Positions 1 to 12,950 of a stretch of DNA of 64,000 bases are shown here, in pieces. The notes beneath the pieces were generated by a model. The model was not told the origin of the DNA. It made no database searches and saw nothing but the letters and a program-made list of their open reading frames with translations. The stretch is taken from NCBI RefSeq assembly GCF_009914755.1, contig NC_060939.1; one strand, written 5' to 3'. Each line of letters starts with the position of its first letter. Positions within the stretch are counted from its first letter, which is position 1. The DNA is from the human T2T-CHM13v2.0 reference genome, Homo sapiens. The translations under genes and the position numbers were made by a program.

Positions 1-990
1 CTTTGGCCACCCAGGCACTTTCCGCCCTGAGCGTGGCAGCTGCTGCCGGGGGTCCTGGGACCGCGGGATGGGAACTCCCACGCAGCGTCCCACAGGCTCC
101 TGGCCGCCGCGAGCCCGCGCGACTCGCAAGCATGTCCACCCGCAGCGAGGGGCCGGTCACTGCTACGGAGCCCGCCAGAAGGCAAAGCCCCAGACAGCAA
201 ATAGGGAGGCGGCTGGCACCCAGGGAGGCCGAGGCGGGAGGATCGCTGGAGCCCAGGAGTTCGAGACCTGCCTTGGCAACATAGTAAGACGCCCCCCCAC
301 CCCCCGCCCACCATCTCTACAATAAATTTAAGAATTAGCCTGGCATAGTGGCGCGCGCCTGTGGTCCCAGCACTTCGGGGAGGCTGAGGTGGGAAGATCA
401 CCTGCGCCCAGGACGGTCGAGGCTGCAGTAAGCCGAGATCGCGCCACTGCACTCCAGCCTGGGCGACAGAGCCCAGACCCCGTAACAAAGCAAAAATGAA
501 GGAGGCGGCGGTTTACTTCTGGAACCACTGCAGAAGATCATCAAGTGCAGGGAGCTGTGGAACTCCCGGGCGCCCAGCCCTCGGCGCCCCTGCACCCTCA
601 GCCGTAGAGCTGGGGTGTTCCGGCCCGGAGGGATAGGGGTTTGCAGGGTGCGTGAGCGCCGAGGCTGCCCGCGAGGCGAGAGAATTGCGGGGGGAGGCAG
701 GGAGGCCGACGGGGAGGGCCTGGGAGGCTGCACGCGCAGCGGGGACCCGGCTTTGTCCCGAGCAGTTTCCAGGTAAGAGCTGAGAGGAGGGGAGGGAGGG
801 AGAGGAGGAGAACCAGGCCCGGATTTTCCCGCCTGGGGTCAAACCAAAGCAAACAAACCAAAGTGGTGTGTCCAAAGTGATGCGCCTCACAGGTGCCTTG
901 CTTCTGCCCCTGCCGGAGTTGAGGTTTGGAGGAAGGGCACTGTGCTGAGTCCCAGCGGGGGTTTTGTAAATGCTGCGGTATTGGTCTCTC
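1..990. promoter_or_regulatory. CpG island / probable promoter (left edge truncated by window)
   Basis: Very GC-rich with dense CpG (e.g. ggccgccgcgagcccgcgcgactcg). The embedded old Alu retains its CpGs. Consensus donor CAG|GTAAGA at 772/773. Confidence 0.75.
218..500 (+). mobile_element. Old Alu (AluJ-like), 5'-degraded, CpG-rich
   Basis: ggaggccgaggcgggaggatcgc...gccgagatcgcgccactgcactccagcctgggcgacagagc. Confidence 0.85.
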
Positions 991-1072
991 GCGGTTCACG
1001 GAGCAATCACCACACTTGCTTGACCTCCTGGAAAGCCTTACTCTCTTTTTATAATTAAAAACAATTTTTTTT

Positions 1073-1385
1073 GGCCGGGTGCGGTGGCTCATGCCTGTAA
1101 TCCCAGCACTTTGGGAGGCCCAGGCCGGCGGATCACCTGAGATCGGGAGTCGGAGACCAGCCTGACCGACGTGGAGAAACCCCATCTCTACTAAAAATAC
1201 AAAATTAGCCGGGCGTGGTGGTGCATGCCTGTAATCCTAGCTACTCAGGAGGCTGAGGCAGAAGAATTGCTTGAACCCAGGAGGCGGAGGTTGCAAGTGA
1301 GCCAAGATTGCGCCATTGCACTCCAGCCTGGGCAACAAGAGCGAAACTCTTGTCTCAAAAAAAAAAAAAAAAAAAAAAAAGAAAA
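1073..1385 (+). mobile_element. AluS with long A tail
   Basis: Full dimer from ggccgggtgcggtggctc to A24 tail. Confidence 0.95.
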
Positions 1386-1386
1386 A

Positions 1387-1584
<198 letters not shown>

Positions 1585-3927
1585 TAGAAGCCCCAAAATA
1601 GCCATGCAGATGTCCAAGCAGTTCTGGTTTGATTATCAAGGAGCATGTGTAAAATAGCTACGTGTGAATGGGGTCTCTGCAAATGGAAACTGGCGGGGGA
1701 GGCTCAGGACTCTTAAGAGGTCTGCAGGAGAAAGTGCATAATGAACACACACCCATGGCCTCTCCCCATGTGCCAGGGCATCCTCCCACACAGGCCGAAA
1801 GTGCTCTGCAGAACAAAGTGCTTTTGGTCCACAAAACGCCTCCCAGCTCTTGCCTGCAAAGGGAAGAAAGGATAGCTGAGAATCATGAAGCAGAATGCCG
1901 GGAGATTTATGGAAACCCCCTCTGATAGCTCAATCTAATTGCAGCTCCCTCCAGCGTGCCAAATGCTGCTAATGGACAGCCGCTCCTGCCGCTCTGATGT
2001 TGCTAGACCTCCTCAGCACTCAGCCCAAGGCAGCCAGGAAGAATGAACGAATGGTGATTCAGAGGGAAAGGAGGAAGCTGCGTGGCATTTCAGAGATACT
2101 TATTTTAAAACTGCTGGTGGCCATGTCTTCTTTTCATATCAGAGCTAATGAGTTTTGATATGTGAACATTTCTTCTCCTTCATAGGTAATGTGTTGATTT
2201 GGCACTTTAATCTTAGAATAATCATTTCTAAAACCAACCCAACTGCTTTTCTTTACAATTTTGGCCTTAGCAAACAGATGAGTCCGTTGACTTGAGCATT
2301 GCTTGGGCACTGTCTGTGTGCAGGTCAGGCAGGGGATGCTGGTGGCTGGGAAACAGAGGATGGAGGTGTCTTGGGTGTACATGAAGGGGTGGGGTCAAGT
2401 CCACAGGGGGTCGGCCCCTGGCAGCAGTCCTGGAGGGCTTCGTGGAGGAAGGGAGAATTGAGTGAGAAAGTGGTCCCCAGGTAAGAGGGAAGAGCATCCA
2501 GGGAGAGGAGACTGCTTCTGGGAAGACCAGAGGCATCACCTCGCAGGGGCTGGTATGGTGGTGGCTCAGGTGGGAGGAAGAGAGACCTCAGGGAAAACAA
2601 CAGGTTCCATTGACAGGAGGCCTGCTCTGGTGGGGAGGCAGGCTGGTGGTGGAGTCATGGCTGCAGGCCAGGGAGATGCCTGACCAACAGGTGTGTTGGC
2701 CAGGGTCCCTGTAGCAAAAACACGGAGCTGAGGACCTCATGGCAGGGATCCCATGCAGAGGGAGCCGCGGGTGGCATGGGGATAGTCACCTGGCTCTCCT
2801 GCTCTCGGCCTCCTGCAGCTCCCCTCACTCCCTGCCCTGCCACACAAGGTCAAACCCACCAGGAGGCAGAAGGCGAAGGGCGAGGTCCCAGGGTGAGGAG
2901 CAGGGAGGAGATGGTGGCAGCAGGGAAGGTGATGCCTGCTGCAGAGTGAGACCTGGGACTGCCAAACACACAGTGACGGGAGCTGAGGAGGCCTGCCGGG
3001 GGAGGAAGACAGTGGCTGGCAGTGACAGGAAGGGAGGGTCAGCATGGGGCGGCAGTCCCAGAGCTCAGGGCTCCCTGCCAGGCCAGCCTTTGTGGCCTGT
3101 GGGGTGGAGGTGGCAATTGCTGTCATGTCATAAACACGTCAAGCTTACAATGAAATCTCCAGTGTGGCTTGGGAGCAAATACATGTGCAGGTGTTTGAGT
3201 ATCTGTGCTCTTACCTAACCTCAGGGAGCAGGAAAACGAAAGCTTATCATGTAAACACATCAGCAGTAGGGCTTATGTGTGTCTCCACACTGGAACCCCC
3301 AAGACAAGAGACTGGAGGCAGAGTTGATTTCCAAGCCCAGAGTGCTGGGCAGCCTTTGGGTTTTATGTCTGCTTGCTTGGAGCTCAGTGATAGAAATCTA
3401 GGCCCCAGAAGAGGAAAGGACTGTCCTGCATAACCAGCACACCCGGGGAATGCTTCAGGTGCAGCTGGATCCAGGCATCCTCAAATAGTGTGATTAGGAC
3501 TCCACTTTCCTTTGTCACCTTGGCTTGGCTCTTCCCTGCTCTGTGTTGTTTTCAGACGAGGTGGGGCCCCAGCAGCTCTGGTCCTCCTGACATCCTAGAG
3601 AAGAGCCAGCCCTTCCCTCCTGGGGTCTACACCGTCCCCTAAGGGACCTCAGACTGGGCTGATGGAAGGTCTCAAGCAGGCCATGTGAAGGGCATTGCAC
3701 AGGAAACACAGAAACGGGAATCCTATAAGGTCAGCAGAGCTCTGAGCCCTTTGTTCTTGGGCCTGTTTTTATGATCCTCCCTCTACATGTAGCTCACACT
3801 TCCCTGCTTCTGTGCAGGCACCAGGTGAGGGGGTTGTCATGGCCTCCTGCCACTCTTGAGGCTGTCAGATATTACCTGTGCTGTCCCTGCATTCTCAAGC
3901 TCCAAATTGTCAACTAAGAAATGGTCA

Positions 3928-4240
<313 letters not shown>

Positions 4241-5104
4241 AGGATTTCTGAAATGGACGAAGTTTTTTTCCACTGGCGGTGCCATCAGTGATCGTGTCTG
4301 TTCCACTGTGAAGTCGGTCGTGAGCTCTGTGACGTTTCCCTCTCAACTCAAGGCTTTTTTCTTCCGCTTATGGGTGTAGTCCAAATGGTTGGGATGAAAA
4401 TCGTTTCACAGATAAAGAAATCTACAAGCCCAATCGTGGTGTAAGAAAAAAACTTTAAAACTCTGTCGTTCAGAAGGAAATCAGGAATAAGAATTTCTCC
4501 TTTGAGACTAAAAGAAAGTCAGCTTTAGCCAGTGCATTGGGGTGCTGGCTCGATGTGGTAAACAAAGCAAAACATTGTTTTTAAATATCCAAAACATTAT
4601 TTTTAAATATAAAGAAATACATTTTTCTCCTCTCAACAATGAACTCATAGTTTTTTTGGGGGGCGGGGGGTGGGTGGGTGGGTGCACAGGATTTACTGTT
4701 TTGTTTGTTTTTTTAACCCAAAGAGAAGGAAAATACTTTCCTTACTCCTGAAAATGGTGAGTTTGTACATTGTCCTTTTATATGGATCAATGTCATTTAA
4801 GCAACTACAGACAGATAAGTGAAGATGAATCTCATCCATCAGAGGCTGGGCTATCAGGCACCAGGACCAGGGGCTTTTCTTTTAATAAGGGAAACCTCTG
4901 CTATCTTTGGATTCCTCAAAGCCTGGAATCTAGAGCTGGATGACAGGCTTGCTTTGGAGAGAATTTCTTGAGACAACTTCAAAGTGGCAGGTTTTGTTGA
5001 AGAAAAAGCTCTTCATGGGGTAGTTGGGAACATGGTTAGTCCCTCTGTGGGGACCAGGAGGAGCGGAGAGGGGAAAGGGAGGGAGAGGGAGAGAACAAAC
5101 TCTC

Positions 5105-6715
5105 TGCTGTCACTCTAAGAGCGCCAATCCCATCATGGGCCAGACCCTCATCGCCTTATGAAGCCTGATCACTTCCCAAAGGCCCCGCCTCCTGGTACTA
5201 TCACTCAGCAGTCCCCAACCTTTTTTGGCACCAGGAACTGGTTTTGTGGAAGACAATTTTTCCATGGACTGGGTTGCAGGGATGGTTTCGGGATGATTCA
5301 AGCGCATTACATTTATTGTGCACTTTATTATTATTACACTCTAACGTATAATGAAATAATTATACAGCTCACCATAATGTAGAATCAGTGGGAGCCCTGA
5401 ACTTGTTTTCCTGCAACTAGACGGTCCCATCTGGTGGTGATGGAAGACGATGACACCCGAAGTGTGTTGCTAATGTCCAGTCTGCTCTGTAATCTCGTTT
5501 TGGTCGATGTCATTGCAGAAAACTCTGCTTCACAAACACAGGATATTGGAAATGGAAGTGGGCTTTTCAGTGCTTTGGGAACAATCACAGGAGATTCTGC
5601 CTTGGCTGTAATCCAGAACGTATGGAGATTTGAAGTTGTCGCAAACATACTTTGAAGGCCACCAGATGCAGCTGTACAATTGAAGTCCATCAGCTCACTT
5701 GCCTCAATAAAGCCTGCCACTGCATGCAGCTTGTCACTTGCCACTCACAGATAGGGTTTTGATATGACTCTGCAAGCAATTGATTTATGATGGTCTCTGT
5801 GCTGTCAAACCTCTCTGCTAATGTTCATCTGTATTTGCAGCCACTCCCAAGTGCTAGCATCGCCGCCTCAGCTCCACTTCAGGTCATCAGGCATTAGTTA
5901 GATTCTCATAAGGAGTGTGCAACCCAGATTCCTCACATGCGCAGTTCACAATAGAGTGCGCTGCTATGAGAACTAATGTCACTGCTGATCTGACAGGAGG
6001 CAGAGCTCAGGCGGTCATGCTCACCCACCCACCTGCTGCTCCCCTCCTGCTGTGCGGCCCAGTTACTAACAGTCCATGGACAGGTACTGGTCCGTGGCCC
6101 AGGGACTGGGGGCCCCTTCTGTCACCCAACCAAACTGGGTCCACTTGCCCTCAAGGAACGGAAGCCAAACACCGAAGCACCAAGTTTTTGCAATAGGAAG
6201 GCTTTATTGCCAGTTGAGTGACATGGAGACCGGAGGAAATGTTCCTATCTGTCTTCCCACTGGCCTTGCCACCATAGATGTAAGAGAGAGATTTTGAGGG
6301 TGGGGTTTCGGGGCGGGACGAAGATTGGCTGGAAGGAAGGGGCTTTGTTGAGTCCCTCGGTCACTCACTGTCGCCCTACCTGCTGCTTCATGGGTTGCAT
6401 GTTTAAAAACAATGTTGGCATTAGCATGACCTGGAAGTGGGGTTTTGGGCCCTCTGACATCAAAAGGTGGCTCGTGGGTGAGTCAGTGCACTCTGCAGAC
6501 TCTAGTCAGCCATGTTGGCTCCAACTGGTCCCTCCTGGCAGCCCACTTAGTTGCAAATAGAGGGGATTGTAGCAAATTGTCGTCTTCTCCACTGTCCTGC
6601 AAAATGAGCTCAAGAAATTTTGCTGGTTAACAAATCCTGTCTAATCCTAGGGCAGGTTTCAGTACCATCCTGTTAGGGATTGGGGCTTCAACATATGAAT
6701 TTGGGGGGTACACTT
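5105..6715 (-). mobile_element. MLT1-type MaLR LTR fragment, split by the hAT element and by an ERV-LTR-like segment (~6120-6660)
   Basis: aatcccatcatgggc...cacttcccaaaggccccgcctcct before 5206 resumes as ...ggggcttcaacatatgaatttgggggg near 6680. Confidence 0.55.
5206..6118 (-). mobile_element. hAT DNA transposon (MER1/Charlie3-type), internally deleted, retaining the transposase C-terminus
   Basis: Terminal repeats cagcagtccccaacc ... ggactgggggcccctt. Imperfect 8-bp TSD ctatcact (5198-5205) / ctgtcacc (6119-6126). Minus ORF 5385-5744 (...LPFPISCVCEAEFSAM...KQVQGSH) resembles the hAT/Buster C-terminal dimerisation domain. Confidence 0.8.
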
Positions 6716-7030
6716 CAGCCCATGGCAAGCTGGATACTTGTGCTCCCTTCATCAAGATGAGAATGTGAACACACAGAGGCAAAGCGGCCCATACGAGGTC
6801 ACAGTGAGAGAGGGTGCCGTGGAGTCAGAACGCACAGCAGGGACCCAGCCCCTAGGTTCCGTCTCTGAGCCCCAGGTCCCATGCTGAGCTGCAGGAGTCA
6901 CTGTGTGCCTCTGCTTTGTGCTTTGTGACCACATGTCATGGCCAGGCTGGGGTTTTCCACCCTTTGTGCGTTATTCCCATCTTAGTTTGAGGTCAGAGGC
7001 CTGCAGGACTTATTTCCTGGTCCCCACGGG

Positions 7031-7415
7031 ATGAAGGAGGAAACCCGTGGGAACTAGCACATGGCCCTAAAAGCAACCTCTCCTTGCCCTCATTGTCCAT
7101 TAGCACAAGACACTCCCATCAGCACCATGACAGTTTACAAATGCTGTGGAAGTTGCTGCCTTTTCCTTAGAGATTTCCAAATAACCTGCCCCTAATGTGC
7201 ATGTCATTAGAAGTCAGTATAAGTGGCTGTGAGTGCAGCTGCCTCAGCCCATATGCTGCTGACTCCGGGTGCACTGCTGAGGAGTCAGCCCTGGCCCAGT
7301 TCAGGAAAAGTGGCTGCATAATGCCACCAGCTGGCCCTTGCATTCTTTCCTGGGTGAAGCCAAGAACCCTCAGGGGCTAAGCCCCACTGTGAGAGCTCAC
7401 CTGCCACCTGCATCC
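7031..7415 (+). mobile_element. ERV solo-LTR fragment (subfamily uncertain)
   Basis: Ends ...gggctaagccccactgtgagagctcacctgccacctgcatc, resembling ERV1 LTR U5 ends. Confidence 0.45.
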
Positions 7416-7960
7416 AGTGAATAGGGCGCCATTTCCAGGTTTCCCCCCAGTGCTGCAGCAAACATCCCTGTAGGCCGCAACTCACACGCTTGCTTGCATT
7501 TTTTTTTTTTCTGTGAGATAAATCTTCAGCAGCAGGATTGCTGAGCTGGGTCTAAAGGCTTTCAAAGTTTTATTTTCAATTTTTTTTTTCTCAATTGTCT
7601 GTAAGAGGGCAGAACCACTTTACTCTCTTCCAGTGGCAGATGAGAATGTGCTTCTTAACACCTGCCCAGCCCCAGGGATTATCCCTCATTTTAGTCTTGG
7701 CCAATCTGAGACAATCCATGAAGGGAACTGATGACTCGCTGTCTTCCAGACATTTCTTCGGTGGTGGTGAAGTTGAGTATGTCTTTATGCTTATTGGCCA
7801 TTGTTCTTCCAGGAACTGTCAGTTACTGAGCTCTGACCTTAGATTTGTCATCTTCTAAAAACTGATCTGCAAGAGCTCTTTGTATCTTAAGAGAACTACT
7901 TTTACTATTAATGCGTGACAAAATATTCTCCCCATTGACTTGATGTGCTATCCATAAGTA

Positions 7961-8718
<758 letters not shown>

Positions 8719-9085
8719 TGATTTTGTGGCATGTTTAGAAAGGCTTTTCTTGTTTCAGGATTATAAAAATAGTCACCTATACTCTCCTCTAGCATTTTTA
8801 TTATTTCACTTTTCAGATTTAAATTTTTGTTTCATCCAGAATTAATTTTGGTCAAAGAGTTCAATAGGGCTACAATTTATTTTTCCCTGAAGAGGCGGGA
8901 CAGCTGTCCCAATATAATTCACTAAAGAGCCCATCTTTCCTCTGCCAATCTGCAATGCCAACTTTACTACAATGTCTGCAACTTAATCTCAAATGGTAGA
9001 GCAACAAACATATTTAGAGTGTGTGTGTGTTGAAATTAAATCAAATGTGGAGAAATGTTAGCATAGCAATTATTGAATCAAGATA

Positions 9086-9408
9086 GTACATTTGGCCTTC
9101 ATTACCCACGGGTTCTGTATCTATCTGCCCATTCAACCAACTGCAGATTGAAAATACTCTGGAAAAAAATTTTTTAAATACAATAATAAAAAATAATGCA
9201 AATAAAAACCAATATAACAACTATTTCATAGCATTTACATGGTATTAGATATTACAAGAAAACTAGAAATGATTTAAAGTATATAGGATGGTGCGTGGAG
9301 GTTACATGCAAATACTGTACCATTTTATCAAGGATTTGAGTCTTTTCAGATTTTGTTATCTTTGGGGGTCCCGGAGCCAATCCCCTACAAATACTGCGGG
9401 ACGATTGT
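9086..9408. mobile_element. MER2 (Tigger-family MITE)
   Basis: ttcaaccaactgcagattgaaaata ... ggtcccggagccaatcccc...gattgta. Confidence 0.75.
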
Positions 9409-9470
9409 ATGTAGAAGATCATTACACCATCCAGTTTCCAGTTTTGTTTTCACAGTAAAATTGTGTTTAG

Positions 9471-9770
9471 GCCAGGCGCGGTGGCTGACGCCTGTAATCC
9501 CAGCACTCTGGGAGGCCGAATCACCTGAGGTCAGGAGTTCGACAACAGCCTGGCCAACATGGTGAAACTCCGTCTCTACTAAAAATACAAAAAAAAAAAA
9601 AAAATTAGCCGGATGTGGTGGCACATGCCTGTAGTCCCAGCTACTTGGGAGGCTGAGACAAGAGAATCACTTGAATCCGGGAGGCGGGGGGTTGGCAGTG
9701 AGCCAAGATCGCACTGTTGCACTCCAGCCTGGGCAACAGAGCGAGACTCTGTCTCTATTAAAAAAAAAAA
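9471..9770 (+). mobile_element. AluS
   Basis: Full dimer, TSD-like aaa(t)tgtgttta on both sides. Confidence 0.95.
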
Positions 9771-11174
9771 TGTGTTTAAAAGTCTAAAAGAAAAGGAGCG
9801 TTAGAATGGAGATAGAGTCTCCACTTTCAAAATGGATGGTTGAGCAAAAGTTCCTTTCCTGCAGAAAAGGCCTGGACGGGTGTGGCCAGGACGAGCTGAG
9901 ACCCGATGAGAAAGGCAGAAGGGCGTCAGGCAGGGCTTGCACTGCAGGAAGCTGCTCTGGCTGTCCCTGAGTAGAGAAGAGAGTTGTGATGTGTGGACAA
10001 CAACAAGACAACAAGAGCTGTTGGGGGCCTCCAGCTCCAGCTTGAATGACTGTTTCTATTGATGTGGAGCAGAAACCCGTGGGAGCCGCTGGCCCCTGTG
10101 GACAAGGGCGGTGAATGGGCCGGCGGGAGCGGGCAGCTGACTTATGGCGAGGTGGTGGGTCTGGGGTAGGCTGCGGCCTTAGGGTTGGTGGTGACCGTGT
10201 ACCAAGGCACACGGCTGGCTTCCCTCTCACCTGCAATAGCTGGGCCACGGCTCACTGCCCTTCTTCCTCCTGTCACACCAGTCACACTGAGAGAGGGCCC
10301 TGCACGTGGTGACAGCATGGGCTGAACCGGTTCCATTTGCCCAAGCACCAGGGACACTCCTTTACCTCCTCAGGAAGGCTCAGCTGTAGAGGAACAGAAG
10401 GAAGATCCGAAGATAATAAGAAGGAGGAAAAGTTGGAAGAAGGGCAGGAGTGCAGAGTGGGCCCTCCAGGGAGGGAGGGGGCGAGCGAGCAGCCAGCCCT
10501 GCCCGAATCCCCCACCCACACCCTGGCCCCGTCCCAGCAGAACTGGTGACACTTTTCTTCCCAGTGCCTTTCAAATTTCCAGAGCAGCTCAGAATTGCTC
10601 AGTAGATAACAGGTTTGGGGTTTTTATCCTTTTCTTCCTAATGACCAGGCTCCTGAGAACAGGAGCAGCTGCCATCTGTAGGGTATTCATCATCCTCCTG
10701 CAACGGGGAAATGAGTCATTTTAGCATAAAATGTAGAACTGCCATGAAATTCAAATTGCAGTACTTTGACAAGAATTATAATGTTTGCAGAAAGTCTCAT
10801 CTAGGAGGCTGAAGTGGTCCTGCGGGAAGCCCCCCCAGTCACCTGAGAGAAACAGCTGCAGTCGCCAGCAGGATCTGACCACCTCGCCCAGGGTGGACAG
10901 GACTGAGGCCACCTCTTAATTTTTCCACCCTTTTTGTTCCTGGACATTAAATAAGACAGAGAAAGCAGGAAGGTGGGGAGAGAGCACCCCTGCAAATAAG
11001 AGTCATCATCCAAGAGAGTATCAACCAAGTAGGCAGAATTCTTGCCAATTTAGTTGACTATGCATGGGAAGGGAAGTTTCTAGGGCCTTCTGGAAACAGA
11101 ATATTTTCTTAAAGGGGCCACCAATGATACCCTTTGGTCATTCCAAAATGACCTCTCTGGGCCTGACGCCCCTG

Positions 11175-11738
11175 TGAGACGTGAAGCCAGCTGGACTTCC
11201 TGGGTCGAGTGGGGACTTGGAGAACTTTTCTGTCTTATAAGAGGATTGTAAGACTCACCAATCAGCACTCTGTAGCTAGGATTGTAAAACACACCAATCA
11301 CCTCTCTGTAGCTAGCAAGAGGATTACAAAATGCACCAATCAGTGCTCTGTAAAATGCACCAATCAGCACTCTGTAAAATGCAGCAATCAGTGCTCTGTA
11401 AAATGCACCAATCAGCAGGATCCCAAAAGTAGCCAATCGCAGGGAGGATTGAAAAAAGGGCACTCTGATAGGACAGAAACAGAACATGGGAGGGGACAAA
11501 TAAGGGAATAAAAGCTGGCCCGGTCTTCAGCACTTAGCCAGCCAGCAGCAGCAACCTGTAGGGTTCTTTTCTATACTTTGGAAGCTTATTTTTTTGCTCT
11601 TCACAATAAATCTTTCTACTGGTCCCTGTTTGGGTCTGTGCCACCTTTAAGAGCTGTAATACTCACCGGGAAGGTCCACGGCTTCATTTTTGGTCAGCGA
11701 AACGAAGAACCCAATGGCAGCAACCAACTCCAGACACA
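11175..11738 (+). mobile_element. LTR12-family (ERV9-related) solo LTR
   Basis: Start tgagacgtgaagccagctggacttcctgggtcgagtggggacttggagaac. Tandem ~24-40-bp units with caccaatcagc...ctctgtaaaatg, TATA-like aataaaag ~11507, AATAAA 11605, end ...ccagacaca. Confidence 0.85.
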
Positions 11739-12173
11739 TCTGGTCAGTCTTGTTCTAGATCCAGGGAAAGCAATGCCCTAACGGCAGGAGGGAATAACCC
11801 TTCCAGCTGATAGCAGTTGTTCAAATAGTAGCAAAGGCACATAGGAAGTGTGTTGCCAAGCTGCAGTCTGACAATTGCTCCAAACACGAATTTTGCTTCT
11901 AAGACCCTGTAAGCTGTGGGCTGTACTCAAAAGCTGTAAGTTCTTTGTGCAAAGGCTGGAGAAGGCAGCGAGCGGGCCACGTACCTGTCTTTTCGCAGAG
12001 TGTGAGAAACGAGACTGTTCTCTTTACGTGGCAGGACAGTTCAGAGTCTCTATACCCAGAGCAACCAGAACGAGCTCCCCTTGGAGTCATGGACCCAGTA
12101 TCTCAGTTGAGCAAATGGTATTTTTCACCAAGGCTGGCTGGCATTGGGTGACTTTAGTGGCCTGTGCACACGA

Positions 12174-12950
12174 GCGCCCCAGGCCCTTGGGCAGCTGCCA
12201 GTGTGGGCTGGGGCTTCCTTGTCGGGAGGGAGCCACCCTGCACCTGTGGGTGAGTTTTGTCTCCTGGCAGCCTGGCAGGCAGGTGTGGCTCATGGCAGGG
12301 TGAGCCCCTGGCACGGATCTGCTGCTTTCCCCAGGTGAGAGTTTCTATGTGCCCAAAGGTCACCAGAAACTGACAGCCAGCCCTGAGCAAACCCCAGCCC
12401 AGGGTTCATGTTGCCCGAGCAGAACCTGCTGGTGTGGTCTGCAGGCGGGGGCGTTTTTCTTGGTTGGCTAACACTCCTTGGAAGGAGGCATGGGCCAGGC
12501 CAGTGTGCTTAGCAGTACCCCAGAGCAGTGTTGGGGGCGGGAGCTCAAGTGTGGGGTCAGTGTGCTCGCACCAGAGCCAAACCCAACACTTCCTGTCTCT
12601 TCCTTTCCTGCTGTCAGGTGGGGCTGTTGTTGGGGAAAGAAAAGCAGGGAGGACAGCGTGGGAGGCTTTCTCAGGGCCAGCCCTGGGAATGGGGCACAGT
12701 GAGGGGGTGGCATGGGTCACCTGGCCCCACTAAGGGCCAGAGGCGAGGAGAGATGTCCGGCTGGGACTTCCTGGGAGGAAGGGGCGCGCTGCCACGCAGT
12801 GCCCGAGGCCCTTGGGTATCTGCGAGCATGGGCTGGGGCTTCCCTGTTGGGAGGGAGCCACGCTGCACCTATGGGTGAGTCCTGTCCCCTCGCAGCCTGG
12901 CAGGTAGGTGTGCCTTGGGAGGAAGGCACGCCCTGCCACGCGGTGTCGCT
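12174..12950 (+). repeat. Degenerate local direct duplication (~115 bp; 12174-12287 vs 12799-12912)
   Basis: aggcccttggg...tgggctggggcttcc.tgt.gggagggagccac.ctgcacct.tgggtgagt...gcagcctggcagg.aggtgtg occurs twice. Confidence 0.85.

Noticed and set aside
3-1185. Several 60-195 aa ORFs over the CpG island
   Set aside because: Expected in stop-poor GC-rich DNA, partly Alu-derived, with no recognisable domain
11240-11420. Regular short repeats resembling a CRISPR array or a repetitive protein (ORFs 11080-11499, 11209-11511)
   Set aside because: These are the tandem CCAAT units of the LTR12 U3 region. There are no unique spacers or cas genes, and the context is human.
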